Shown one piece after another: positions 36,666 to 44,242 of a stretch of DNA of 64,000 nt. Below the pieces are notes generated by a model. It was given only the letters and a program-made list of their open reading frames with translations, ran no database searches and was not told the DNA's origin. Positions within the stretch are counted from its first letter, which is position 1, and each line of letters begins with the position of its first letter. Origin of the DNA: Syntrophaceae bacterium UBA2280. GTDB taxonomy: Bacteria > Desulfobacterota > Syntrophia > Syntrophales > Smithellaceae. The stretch lies in NCBI GenBank assembly GCA_002347685.1, contig DDWS01000001.1:18641-82640 (forward strand). Reading direction: 5' to 3'. Both the position numbers and the translations under genes were made by a program.

Positions 36666-37649
36666 TTACCCGAATTTACCGCCCAAATACGTATAATTGT
36701 CCACATAGTTCTCTATTACTTTATGACCTTTGTCCAACTCGGCCTGAATAAATTCTTTAGACTGCCTCGGATGAAGTACGTTCTCCCTTGTAAGCTGCGG
36801 TGCCCGGAAATTGTCATTGCCGACGACTTGCTCCCGGCGGACTGCGTCAAAAGTATAATCGAGACCAGGCCATTCGAGTTCACTCTTGAAACCCTCTGCA
36901 AGCAGGACAGTAAAACGGTAGATGCCAAAGAGCGACACATAACCTACAAGAAGCCCCCGGTTCCTGTTAAGCGCGACGTGAATTTTATGAATAGGTCGAA
37001 CATGGTCTGTCATGAATCCAGTATGGGCAAAATTGGCACAGGCAAGAGCAGGCTTGTCAGATGCCTTTATGTATTTCCGAACCGCTTCGAACGCCGCTGA
37101 GAATATGACACTCTCAGGAAGTTTTATACACGTAAAGCCATATGCGATTTTTGAGACTGCTCTGCGCAGCAATGCATTGTCTATCATCATTACGCGTTCA
37201 GCTTCGGTCGGACCTTGGTGCACGTCCTGAAAGGTCTTCATGTCGCCTGGTACCTCATAGCGCCTCTGAATAGATGTACATATTTTCTTCAGTTCTTGCT
37301 CGGAGCGAGCTGTGACGTCCGCAAAATCAAGTTTCTTCCCGTCTTTGGAAACCACCTTGACCACTGGGTTCTTTCGCTTCATACTCTTTCCATCAAGGAG
37401 AAGCGTGGTTCCGGATTTCAATTCTTTGACTTCATAGGGCTGCGCCTTACTCCGCTCCCTCTTAATATTAAGCAGCGTACCGATCCACCCAAACTGCTTC
37501 GATATCTCATCGTCTATGCTGTCCCCAAAGGCTTCGTTGCACACCTTGCAGTACAGTTTTGCCTTCAACCTACCCCCAATTGCTTGTGGGATTATGTGTT
37601 CCACCGTCAGCGATCGTGGTTCAGTACAGACAAAGCAGTGAGTTTTCAT
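36666..37649 (-). CDS. HNH endonuclease domain protein (cassette-encoded)
   Basis: CFVCTEPRSLTVEHIIPQAIGGRLKAKLYCKVCNEAFG (CxxC...EH...CxxCN). 327 aa. The stop lies just upstream of the attC. Confidence 0.7.
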   Translation of the reverse strand: MKTHCFVCTEPRSLTVEHIIPQAIGGRLKAKLYCKVCNEAFGDSIDDEISKQFGWIGTLLNIKRERSKAQPYEVKELKSGTTLLLDGKSMKRKNPVVKVVSKDGKKLDFADVTARSEQELKKICTSIQRRYEVPGDMKTFQDVHQGPTEAERVMMIDNALLRRAVSKIAYGFTCIKLPESVIFSAAFEAVRKYIKASDKPALACANFAHTGFMTDHVRPIHKIHVALNRNRGLLVGYVSLFGIYRFTVLLAEGFKSELEWPGLDYTFDAVRREQVVGNDNFRAPQLTRENVLHPRQSKEFIQAELDKGHKVIENYVDNYTYLGGKFG

Positions 37650-37665
37650 TAGTTTGTTGTTCCAT

Positions 37666-37731
37666 GCATAACAACATGCTCACCGGCGTGGCGCGCTGTT
37701 CAGCCACGTCCGGTGCAGCTATTCGTTATGC
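37666..37731 (-). other. attC site
   Basis: GCATAAC...GTTATGC with imperfect inverted arms ACATGCTCACCGGCGTGGC / GCCACGTCCGGTGCAGCTAT. Starts 2 nt after the stop of 37734..38111. Confidence 0.8.
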
Positions 37732-37733
37732 AG

Positions 37734-38111
37734 CTACGTTTTGACCCTGGTGTTGTATTTACATTTCGGGCATTCATGAGTCGCGTTCATTATCTCTACA
37801 AAATCAGTCGGCACAGGTCTCATATAGAATGGTCTACCAACTGTCGAACAGTTGGGGCAGGTTGGGACTCCAGAGGGTCCGGTCGCTGTTGCCGAAAGCT
37901 CCTGAATCCGGTGCTCCAGGCTCCTAATCTTGTCTTTTAGCTCCTGTCGCTCCTCCCGTAGTGCTATGTTTGCTTCATGCAGTGCGGCCTGCTCCGACTG
38001 AAGTGTTAAGGCAAGATTTTGAACTTCACGAAGTTCGGCGGCAACTTTCCTATCAGCGATGCTTGTTGATAATTGCGTCACAAGGTCAACCAAATCTTTG
38101 ATGGTCCCCAC
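37734..38111 (-). CDS. Coiled-coil protein with a C-terminal zinc ribbon (second gene of a two-gene cassette)
   Basis: Heptad-rich N-terminus, then CPNC...CPKC. Starts 15 nt after the upstream gene. Confidence 0.6.
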   Translation of the reverse strand: MGTIKDLVDLVTQLSTSIADRKVAAELREVQNLALTLQSEQAALHEANIALREERQELKDKIRSLEHRIQELSATATGPSGVPTCPNCSTVGRPFYMRPVPTDFVEIMNATHECPKCKYNTRVKT

Positions 38112-38126
38112 CTACGGCCTCCTTTC

Positions 38127-38663
38127 TCATCCCTCAAGTTCATGCCTAAAGTCTGTCTTGATTCTGTCAAGCAATTCGTTGCGCGTATTCGTGTTACCCT
38201 TGAGCTCAGCAACGTAGCGATGCAAAGCGTCGTTAACCTCATCTGCCAAATACTTTGGGTTGATAGAAAGGCATCTTGAAACAATGACAACCGTCTCGGG
38301 CTGATCAAGTGCGAATTGTCCTCCATTTTTGATACGGCCTTCGTGAACCAAGCCATTTCTGAATTCATCATAGAACCGGTGAGCAATGTCGTTGCTGGCA
38401 AAGCTTTGCAGTTGGGCCTTTACCCATGAACGGAATCGGTCGCCCACGCCAGTAGACAGGTGCAACCGTGCAAGGGCATCGATGCAACTCACTAACAGAA
38501 GTCCGCAGGCGAAGGCATGGCCGTTTCTTATCATTGCAGCGGCGGGCTCCAAGTAGAAGCCTTTCATTCGTTTCTCAAACTGCTCTGGCAGTATCTGGCC
38601 GGAAAGGTCCAGCTCTGCGAACTTGATACCCGGAGCAAAATAGAGGATGTCAGCAATTCTCAT
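38127..38663 (-). CDS. Hypothetical protein with an Rx4H (HEPN-like) motif
   Basis: FRNGLVHEG (R-N-x3-H). ATG at 38663 is preceded by GGAAGGA (track GTG start 38675 lies inside the attC core). Confidence 0.55.
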   Translation of the reverse strand: MRIADILYFAPGIKFAELDLSGQILPEQFEKRMKGFYLEPAAAMIRNGHAFACGLLLVSCIDALARLHLSTGVGDRFRSWVKAQLQSFASNDIAHRFYDEFRNGLVHEGRIKNGGQFALDQPETVVIVSRCLSINPKYLADEVNDALHRYVAELKGNTNTRNELLDRIKTDFRHELEG

Positions 38664-38676
38664 TTTTCCTTCCACT

Positions 38677-38901
38677 GCATAACGAGTCTGTAGAATAACT
38701 CCAAAATAAAATATTCTTGCTATTTTTAGGGGTCTTTTTACCCCTCATCATCGCCAGATCGTCGCTTGTGGGGCATTCTCCGAAGTCGTTTTTTTAAGCA
38801 TCGTGTCCTGAATACCGCTTCCTGACTTATTCTACAAGCTCAACGTAAAAATCAGCGGGAGCCTGATTTTTAGGCGATCCGCTGGATTGATTTTGTTATG
38901 C
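38677..38901 (-). other. attC site of the 389-aa cassette, interrupted by one 161-bp element
   Basis: GCATAACG | insert | TAAAAATCAGCGGGAGCCTGATTTTTAGGCGATCCGCTGGATTGATTTTGTTATGC. The stop codon of 38896..40065 lies inside the distal core. Confidence 0.75.
38685..38845. mobile_element. 161-bp MITE-like element, copy c
   Basis: Same ends, same orientation and same insertion point (after ATAACG) as at 36286. Confidence 0.8.
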
Positions 38902-40065
38902 GTGTTCTAATATTTTTTCAATTTCTTCCTTTAATGATCCAATAACATCTGAATGGCTTTCCATATGAAAACCGATAATGCAGACGGCGTCGTGTTTGGT
39001 GTGTTCGCGACTGTCTGGCAACCTCAAAATGTCGTAACCCATAATGTGGCCGTTCAAGTTATTACAATAATTAACAGCCCTAATGGTTGCCAACTCCTCT
39101 TTAGTTGGAGCAAACATTCTTGACGGAGGCGTAAAGATGGCTTCAAAACAAGGAGCGACCACTTCCCTGATAAAATTATCGACATCCTTGAGATTAATAT
39201 TGTTCTTTGGCTTATAAAAAACACTCAAGATAATTGGACCATAAAGAGCGCTAAATAATGGATATTGCTTTTTAAAAGCAGATAGTTTCTTTGTAATTAC
39301 TTCTTTCTGGGAAACGATTTCCTCTGTGTTTCTTGGAATGGTTACGCTTACGCGAATAGGATATTTCAAAACAGTCATCAGAATGTCTACGAACGAAGTG
39401 CCTCTACGTTTGTATTTGTTGTGATTATAAAGCAAGTCCAAGTAAAAAGGTTGCACTTCATTGATTCTTAGAATGTCTTGTTGTCTTTGATACATTTCAA
39501 TCTTATACCCAAGTGAGTTAACGGGATAGTTAATCGGTTCAGTGAGGTCAACGTCTCTTTCCCGCTCTCGGCCGGCAACACGGTTTTCGTCTTTAAGTCT
39601 TTTAAAAATGTTAGCGTATTCAAGAACTGCGTTAAAACTCTCTATAAGAATATGCGCACCAGCGGACTGCATTTCTATGTTTTGACGAACGGAGAGAAAG
39701 GATACCTGCGAGTCATCATAGTATGGCAGGCGTGATCTTATCGCCCCGTCATTTTCTCGTGGGTCTTGTTGATTGCGGTTTACATGCATTAAATCCAACA
39801 TATTTTTAGACGCATTGACAACTGTCGGAGGACTGTTGTCGTTGTAGCAGTAGAGAATTCGCAGATAAACGTTACTTGTAAATGCTTTTCTTCCTAAATT
39901 TATAAAGCGTTGGTTGAGATCTCTCTTAACAATATTTCTCTTTTTTTGGCTCATACCTTGCTTCGACTTCACTTTGCCATCAATAGAGAAAAGAATTTGT
40001 CTTCTCTGCAACTGGCGGAATTTATGTTTTAAGAAATCCAAGGATTCAAGGTAGTCATTAAACAT
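38896..40065 (-). CDS. Hypothetical protein (389 aa), cassette-encoded, no family recognised
   Basis: AT-rich ORF that fills the space between two attC sites. Confidence 0.6.
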   Translation of the reverse strand: MFNDYLESLDFLKHKFRQLQRRQILFSIDGKVKSKQGMSQKKRNIVKRDLNQRFINLGRKAFTSNVYLRILYCYNDNSPPTVVNASKNMLDLMHVNRNQQDPRENDGAIRSRLPYYDDSQVSFLSVRQNIEMQSAGAHILIESFNAVLEYANIFKRLKDENRVAGRERERDVDLTEPINYPVNSLGYKIEMYQRQQDILRINEVQPFYLDLLYNHNKYKRRGTSFVDILMTVLKYPIRVSVTIPRNTEEIVSQKEVITKKLSAFKKQYPLFSALYGPIILSVFYKPKNNINLKDVDNFIREVVAPCFEAIFTPPSRMFAPTKEELATIRAVNYCNNLNGHIMGYDILRLPDSREHTKHDAVCIIGFHMESHSDVIGSLKEEIEKILEHA

Positions 40066-40084
40066 ATGTCATTAATCTCAATGT

Positions 40085-40141
40085 GTATAACGACGAAATC
40101 AGCGGGGAGCGTAGCGAGTCCGCTGTATTGCCTGGTTATGC
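40085..40141 (-). other. attC site
   Basis: GTATAACGACGAAATCAGCGGGGAGCGTAGCGAGTCCGCTGTATTGCCTGGTTATGC. ATAAC/GTTAT cores, CAGCGG/CCGCTG inner stem, unpaired spacer bases. Confidence 0.85.
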
Positions 40142-40145
40142 ATTT

Positions 40146-40739
40146 TCACGTGTCCCTGTTTAAACGATACCACATAATATCATCATATTGCGTTGGAATA
40201 ATATCATTATTGAATTCATTATTTATTTCCGTCTTAATTAAACATTGTAGCTTGTCGTACAATTTTTGGTCGATTTGTTCGACACTCTTTGCTTGAATAA
40301 TCTCATCGGGGAATTTAATTTTAAGGTGATTCAATATCGGATTGTCGATTGCTGTGTTCATGAATGGTAAAATAACTACTGCCGTTTCACTGTCCGGTAG
40401 ACTTGAATAGTAGACGTAAACTTTCAATACGACATCAAGTAATTTGGCTGCGTGTCCATAAAGCGCATATCCGGATTCTTTAATTATTCTATTATCTCTT
40501 TCCTTCTGTGCTGTTTTAATATTCTTTGTGAACCATATGCAAAAATTGCCATGCAACCTTTTGAATTCTTCTTCAGTTCTTATCTCTTTGAGTTTCTGAA
40601 ATTCTTCATATAGTTTCTTTCCGATTATCGGTTTTGTACCTTTTTCAAAGAGTCGGATCATGGCTGTAAATGTCAAACCCATGTCTATAACACTCTTCTG
40701 TTTTATTTCGGAGGCGATCACTATATTCGCTGACTTCAT
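40146..40739 (-). CDS. Hypothetical protein (197 aa), cassette-encoded
   Basis: AT-rich ORF bounded by attC sites on both sides. Confidence 0.6.
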   Translation of the reverse strand: MKSANIVIASEIKQKSVIDMGLTFTAMIRLFEKGTKPIIGKKLYEEFQKLKEIRTEEEFKRLHGNFCIWFTKNIKTAQKERDNRIIKESGYALYGHAAKLLDVVLKVYVYYSSLPDSETAVVILPFMNTAIDNPILNHLKIKFPDEIIQAKSVEQIDQKLYDKLQCLIKTEINNEFNNDIIPTQYDDIMWYRLNRDT

Positions 40740-40753
40740 ATTATTTCATTCCT

Positions 40754-40809
40754 GCATAACGGCGAAATCACCCGGAACGTAGCGATCGGGTGTATTGCTT
40801 TTGTTAGGC
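40754..40809 (-). other. attC site
   Basis: GCATAACGGCGAAATCACCCGGAACGTAGCGATCGGGTGTATTGCTTTTGTTAGGC. The stop codon of 40804..41586 lies inside the distal core. Confidence 0.85.
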
Positions 40810-41586
40810 TTTTTCATGCCAATGACTGAGAAATAAGTGGCCAAATTCCGATACGGCCATTCCATCGGTCAATAACTGAGGATGGAGGATCAAAGGTCTC
40901 GGTGGTGAATCTTCTTTAAAAGCGTGCAAAAAGGTGAAATTCGGACTGCCAAGCGCATCTTGCTCGGTCCACACCTGCTCCAAACGTTCCCAGTTACTGT
41001 TTTTTATGCATTCGGTCTTCTCCGCCTCTAGTTCATTGAAGCGTCGTCCTTCTTCCGGCACAAATTCTGCTGGAGGTATATACGGCGGAATCCGATGCGC
41101 AAGTGCATCTCTATAGGACTTTGCGTAGGACTTGTGCCACTCAGTTGTCAGTGGTGAAGTCAAATAGTTACGCAGCTGTTCTGGCAAGTGGTCGCGGGTT
41201 GCATCGATGAAGAGCCCAACCCGACGGCGATCTCCTATTATCGATTCCAGATTGTGGCGGAGCACATACGCCCAAGCCCAGTTATCGTATAGTCCATAAA
41301 GGTTTATTAAGAAAGCGTGCAAGTTGATTTGTACGTCAGTTAAAGTGTTCCTGTCAAGTGGACGTGTTGTGCTTGGGGGAAACAGAGTGAACACGTTCTC
41401 AATACTGCGCCGAATGACTCCAACGCGCCGGCCTGCCCCATGCAGCAAGTGCTCACGCGCGCGCGATGCAGGATCGAGTAGTTGCCCTTCGAGAACGATC
41501 TTTAATTGCAAGTCGTTCAACATGGCGAGTACTTCAACGCATTGCGATTCTAGTGTCTCAAGTGCTTCAGCGTAAAAGAACATCAT
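40804..41586 (-). CDS. Hypothetical protein (260 aa) with an Rx4H (HEPN-like) motif, cassette-encoded
   Basis: YRDALAHRIP (R-x4-H). Higher GC than neighbouring cassettes. Confidence 0.55.
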   Translation of the reverse strand: MMFFYAEALETLESQCVEVLAMLNDLQLKIVLEGQLLDPASRAREHLLHGAGRRVGVIRRSIENVFTLFPPSTTRPLDRNTLTDVQINLHAFLINLYGLYDNWAWAYVLRHNLESIIGDRRRVGLFIDATRDHLPEQLRNYLTSPLTTEWHKSYAKSYRDALAHRIPPYIPPAEFVPEEGRRFNELEAEKTECIKNSNWERLEQVWTEQDALGSPNFTFLHAFKEDSPPRPLILHPQLLTDGMAVSEFGHLFLSHWHEKA

Positions 41587-41603
41587 GCCTCGATGCCGTC
41601 ATG

Positions 41604-41659
41604 GCCTAACGACGAAATCACCCGGAGCGTAGCGATCGGGTGGATTGATTTTGTTATGT
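41604..41659 (-). other. attC site
   Basis: GCCTAACGACGAAATCACCCGGAGCGTAGCGATCGGGTGGATTGATTTTGTTATGT, near-identical to 40754-40809. Confidence 0.85.
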
Positions 41660-41667
41660 TAATATAA

Positions 41668-42294
41668 TTATTTCATTATTTCAAAGACCGCTTTCCAGAA
41701 TTGAATCACTTCAGGAAAATATTCATTTAACGTTAATTGGCAATAATATGATCCTCTTGCTAAAGCTTGGTCTCTATTTTGGATATCAAGGTATGGTATT
41801 AACTCGACTTCATCTTTAGTAATTGGTAACTCAAATCTGGCAACAATTTTATTAGTGACAAGTAGGAATTCTATGTTTGATATTTTATTTTTAAGCTCAT
41901 TTCTAAATTTCCTTATATGAAAGATATATGTAATGTTTATCTTCAAGAAGATTAGAATTGGCAAATTATATTTATCATAATGGCCCTTCATTAATGCTTT
42001 GGCGAATGGTAGAAAACTTTTATTTGTATTATTCTTGGTCGCTTTGTTTATATAGAAGAGTAGAGAATCTAAAAGCTCTCTGCTGTTAAACAATAATTCC
42101 CTGAAACAGGAAATTAACTCTTTGTCATTTCCATGCCCCTTTATGAACAGCGTTGTATATTTGTCCACTTTATCTTTTACTTCGCTGTTTTTGGCTAGTG
42201 CTATTTTTGTAAAACGTCCATTGGCATATCCAAGCTGTTCAAAGCGCAATATGTGATCATCCTTGAATAATTCTGGCATGCCAAATTGGACCAT
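41668..42294 (-). CDS. Hypothetical protein (208 aa), first cassette of the array
   Basis: Very AT-rich ORF. On the minus strand it is preceded by GTTATGT (42319-42313) and followed by an attC. Confidence 0.6.
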   Translation of the reverse strand: MVQFGMPELFKDDHILRFEQLGYANGRFTKIALAKNSEVKDKVDKYTTLFIKGHGNDKELISCFRELLFNSRELLDSLLFYINKATKNNTNKSFLPFAKALMKGHYDKYNLPILIFLKINITYIFHIRKFRNELKNKISNIEFLLVTNKIVARFELPITKDEVELIPYLDIQNRDQALARGSYYCQLTLNEYFPEVIQFWKAVFEIMK

Positions 42295-42312
42295 CTTATT
42301 TTCTCTCTATCC

Positions 42313-42319
42313 ACATAAC
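42313..42319 (-). other. Orphan GTTATGT core at the head of the cassette array (attI-like junction or truncated attC)
   Basis: Minus strand GTTATGT lies 18 nt upstream of the ATG of the first cassette. I found no partner ATAAC core within 150 nt upstream. Confidence 0.35.
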
Positions 42320-42431
42320 AATTAATCTACCGTGTTTGGTTTTTCCGAAAAATCGATATTTTTATACTCCGATCGAAAAAGAAAGGAAAGCGAAAAAATG
42401 CTTAAAAAACAACGAACATTGAAAAGCTGCA

Positions 42432-42504
42432 TTTGGCATTTCACGATAATAAGGACCAAAAGCCAAATTGGGTATTTTATGGGAAAAGTGTCCAACCTGT
42501 AGAA
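42432..42504. repeat. About 73-bp repeat A, containing inverted motif TTTGGC-N15-GGACCAAA
   Basis: The 29-bp core TTTGGCATTTCACGATAATAAGGACCAAA matches 49772-49800 at 25 of 29 positions. A second block, GGAAAAGTGTCCAA, matches GGAAAATTTGTCCA. Confidence 0.7.
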
Positions 42505-42944
42505 TTCCGACATTAATGAATACTGCATGAAAGGGGATCAGCTCTGAAGAATTGGCGACCGCTCTGTCACAAGAAATTTTCCGGCGTGGTTACATGAATT
42601 GTATCACCGTCGGAACCTTCGTGACGGTTCCGGTTACGGGTGCGGATTAGGGCGCCCACAGCGGGTGTGTGTGGCAGAATTGCCGACGCTGATACAAATA
42701 TAAACAAAATAGCCGTGATACGCGATAAATTATTCCGCATGGATAAAAAGGTTTTCGCCTCCTCTTTTTCGCTTCCGGCCGCTCCATGTTTATAGATAGA
42801 GACGGTTCGGTATCTGTCTTTTACATGTACCGCGTTATCTCCAACATGCTCACCAACCTTTTTCAAGTGAATAATATTCAACCGCGATTAACCGTTTGTT
42901 ATTGTACCGGAGCGGATGACATGATGGTGGCAGATAGAAAAGTC

Positions 42945-44135
42945 CTATTTGCAAGCAACAATTAAAGAGGAAAGCGGCTGATGAAAACCCCCGTCATCCG
43001 TACGCAGCAAGGTATTATAGAGAACACGGCTCAGCATTGACTGTGGACGATCATAATTGCGCCGATAAGTCTTTACATTCCAGTTATTGGCAATTGCTTG
43101 TTCTAGCTGCCTTTCAATGTTTCCTACAACCGTCTTCGCTGCATGGTCTTTCGTTGAACGATTTCTTATATAAAATGCGGCAGCGTCTTTGGCCGCCCGC
43201 CAAGAGAAGTTGTAAACTTGGCCTACAGAGAATGTTTCTAACGCCTTCGAAATAATTAACTGTGTCTTTTTGCCATGACTGTATTGCAGATTATGCGCTG
43301 CCAAAACTCGGCTTAAATAGCTTAAACACTCTATCCTTGAGACCTCCTGGCACAGCGAAACAACCTCATTGTAATTGTTCTTAATAAGCGCTTGTGATCT
43401 TACAAAATCATCGAGTGCCTCATAGAATGACGCCAAGCTGGAGAATGTGCTCCCCATTGGAACACACCATTTTACTTGATGCATATTAAATGAAAAATTC
43501 CCATCTTCACTTATGGTTATTGCTTCCATGTTGGATTCAGGATCTATGGCAATAAGCTTAGCATCAAACAGTTCTTCGATAATCTTTAAATCGTAATTAA
43601 TGTCAGGTGACAGCAAATCCGTTTTGTTCGTCGAATATTCGTTGATATGTGTCATGCTTTCATCGCCACAAAATTTTATTAAAGCCAGTAAGAATATCGA
43701 AAGACGTGCACCTAGTTTATCAATGGCAACAGGATTTTTAAGTCGTCGCTGGTAAGTTGAATTAACAAAATTTATTTTTGCTAATAACATTGAGTGACTC
43801 TCATCTTTTATGCATTCGTTACACGTCCACGAACAGCTAGTAGGCAATGATGGTAAGCTTGTTCTTGATTCCAGCAAACGTCGTTTGCTACATCTCGCAC
43901 AAATAATATTATTTGAATAAGCCCTGCAGTGCTTTCTGACTATCTTTAGTATCTCATTATTAGATAACCCAGCCTCTTTGGCGATTTCAGCGACTGTCTT
44001 TTCAAACTTACCGCTATTGTTAAGCCGCCAGTAGCTATAACAAACATCCGAATACATACACTCGTCTTCATTAAGTATTACATTAATAGACATGATTTCC
44101 ATTGAATCAGCTCCGAATAAATCCTGTTCAACCAT
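42945..44135 (-). CDS. Hypothetical protein (396 aa) with a Cys-rich segment, no family recognised
   Basis: CARCSKRR...CSWTCNEC. Divergent from the Xre-type regulator gene. Confidence 0.6.
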   Translation of the reverse strand: MVEQDLFGADSMEIMSINVILNEDECMYSDVCYSYWRLNNSGKFEKTVAEIAKEAGLSNNEILKIVRKHCRAYSNNIICARCSKRRLLESRTSLPSLPTSCSWTCNECIKDESHSMLLAKINFVNSTYQRRLKNPVAIDKLGARLSIFLLALIKFCGDESMTHINEYSTNKTDLLSPDINYDLKIIEELFDAKLIAIDPESNMEAITISEDGNFSFNMHQVKWCVPMGSTFSSLASFYEALDDFVRSQALIKNNYNEVVSLCQEVSRIECLSYLSRVLAAHNLQYSHGKKTQLIISKALETFSVGQVYNFSWRAAKDAAAFYIRNRSTKDHAAKTVVGNIERQLEQAIANNWNVKTYRRNYDRPQSMLSRVLYNTLLRTDDGGFHQPLSSLIVACK

Positions 44136-44160
44136 TAATTACAACCAATACACGTAATTA
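44136..44160. promoter_or_regulatory. Palindromic operator candidate in the divergent intergenic region
   Basis: TAATTAC-N11-GTAATTA immediately upstream of the 396-aa gene start. Confidence 0.4.
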
Positions 44161-44242
44161 GTCAATTTAATTCTATGCATTGGACTGTGTTTTACGCCCC
44201 TGAAATCTGGCAAAAGGTAGAGTAACTTAAGGGGGGGTGATA

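Noticed and set aside
36278-41659. Possible CRISPR array, because of recurring short palindromic repeats
   Set aside because: The repeats are 56-66 bp imperfect palindromes spaced 0.4-1.2 kb apart with full-length ORFs between them. There is no regular 25-40 bp repeat/spacer periodicity and no cas genes. The attC interpretation fits.
42440-42470. Sigma54 promoter (TGG-N9-TTGC) within repeats A and B
   Set aside because: The spacing is off by one in repeat B and the TTGC element is absent in repeat A.
42322-42528. 68-aa minus-strand ORF in the region upstream of the first cassette
   Set aside because: It lies in AT-rich non-coding-looking sequence that contains repeat A. It is hydrophobic and low-complexity with no SD.
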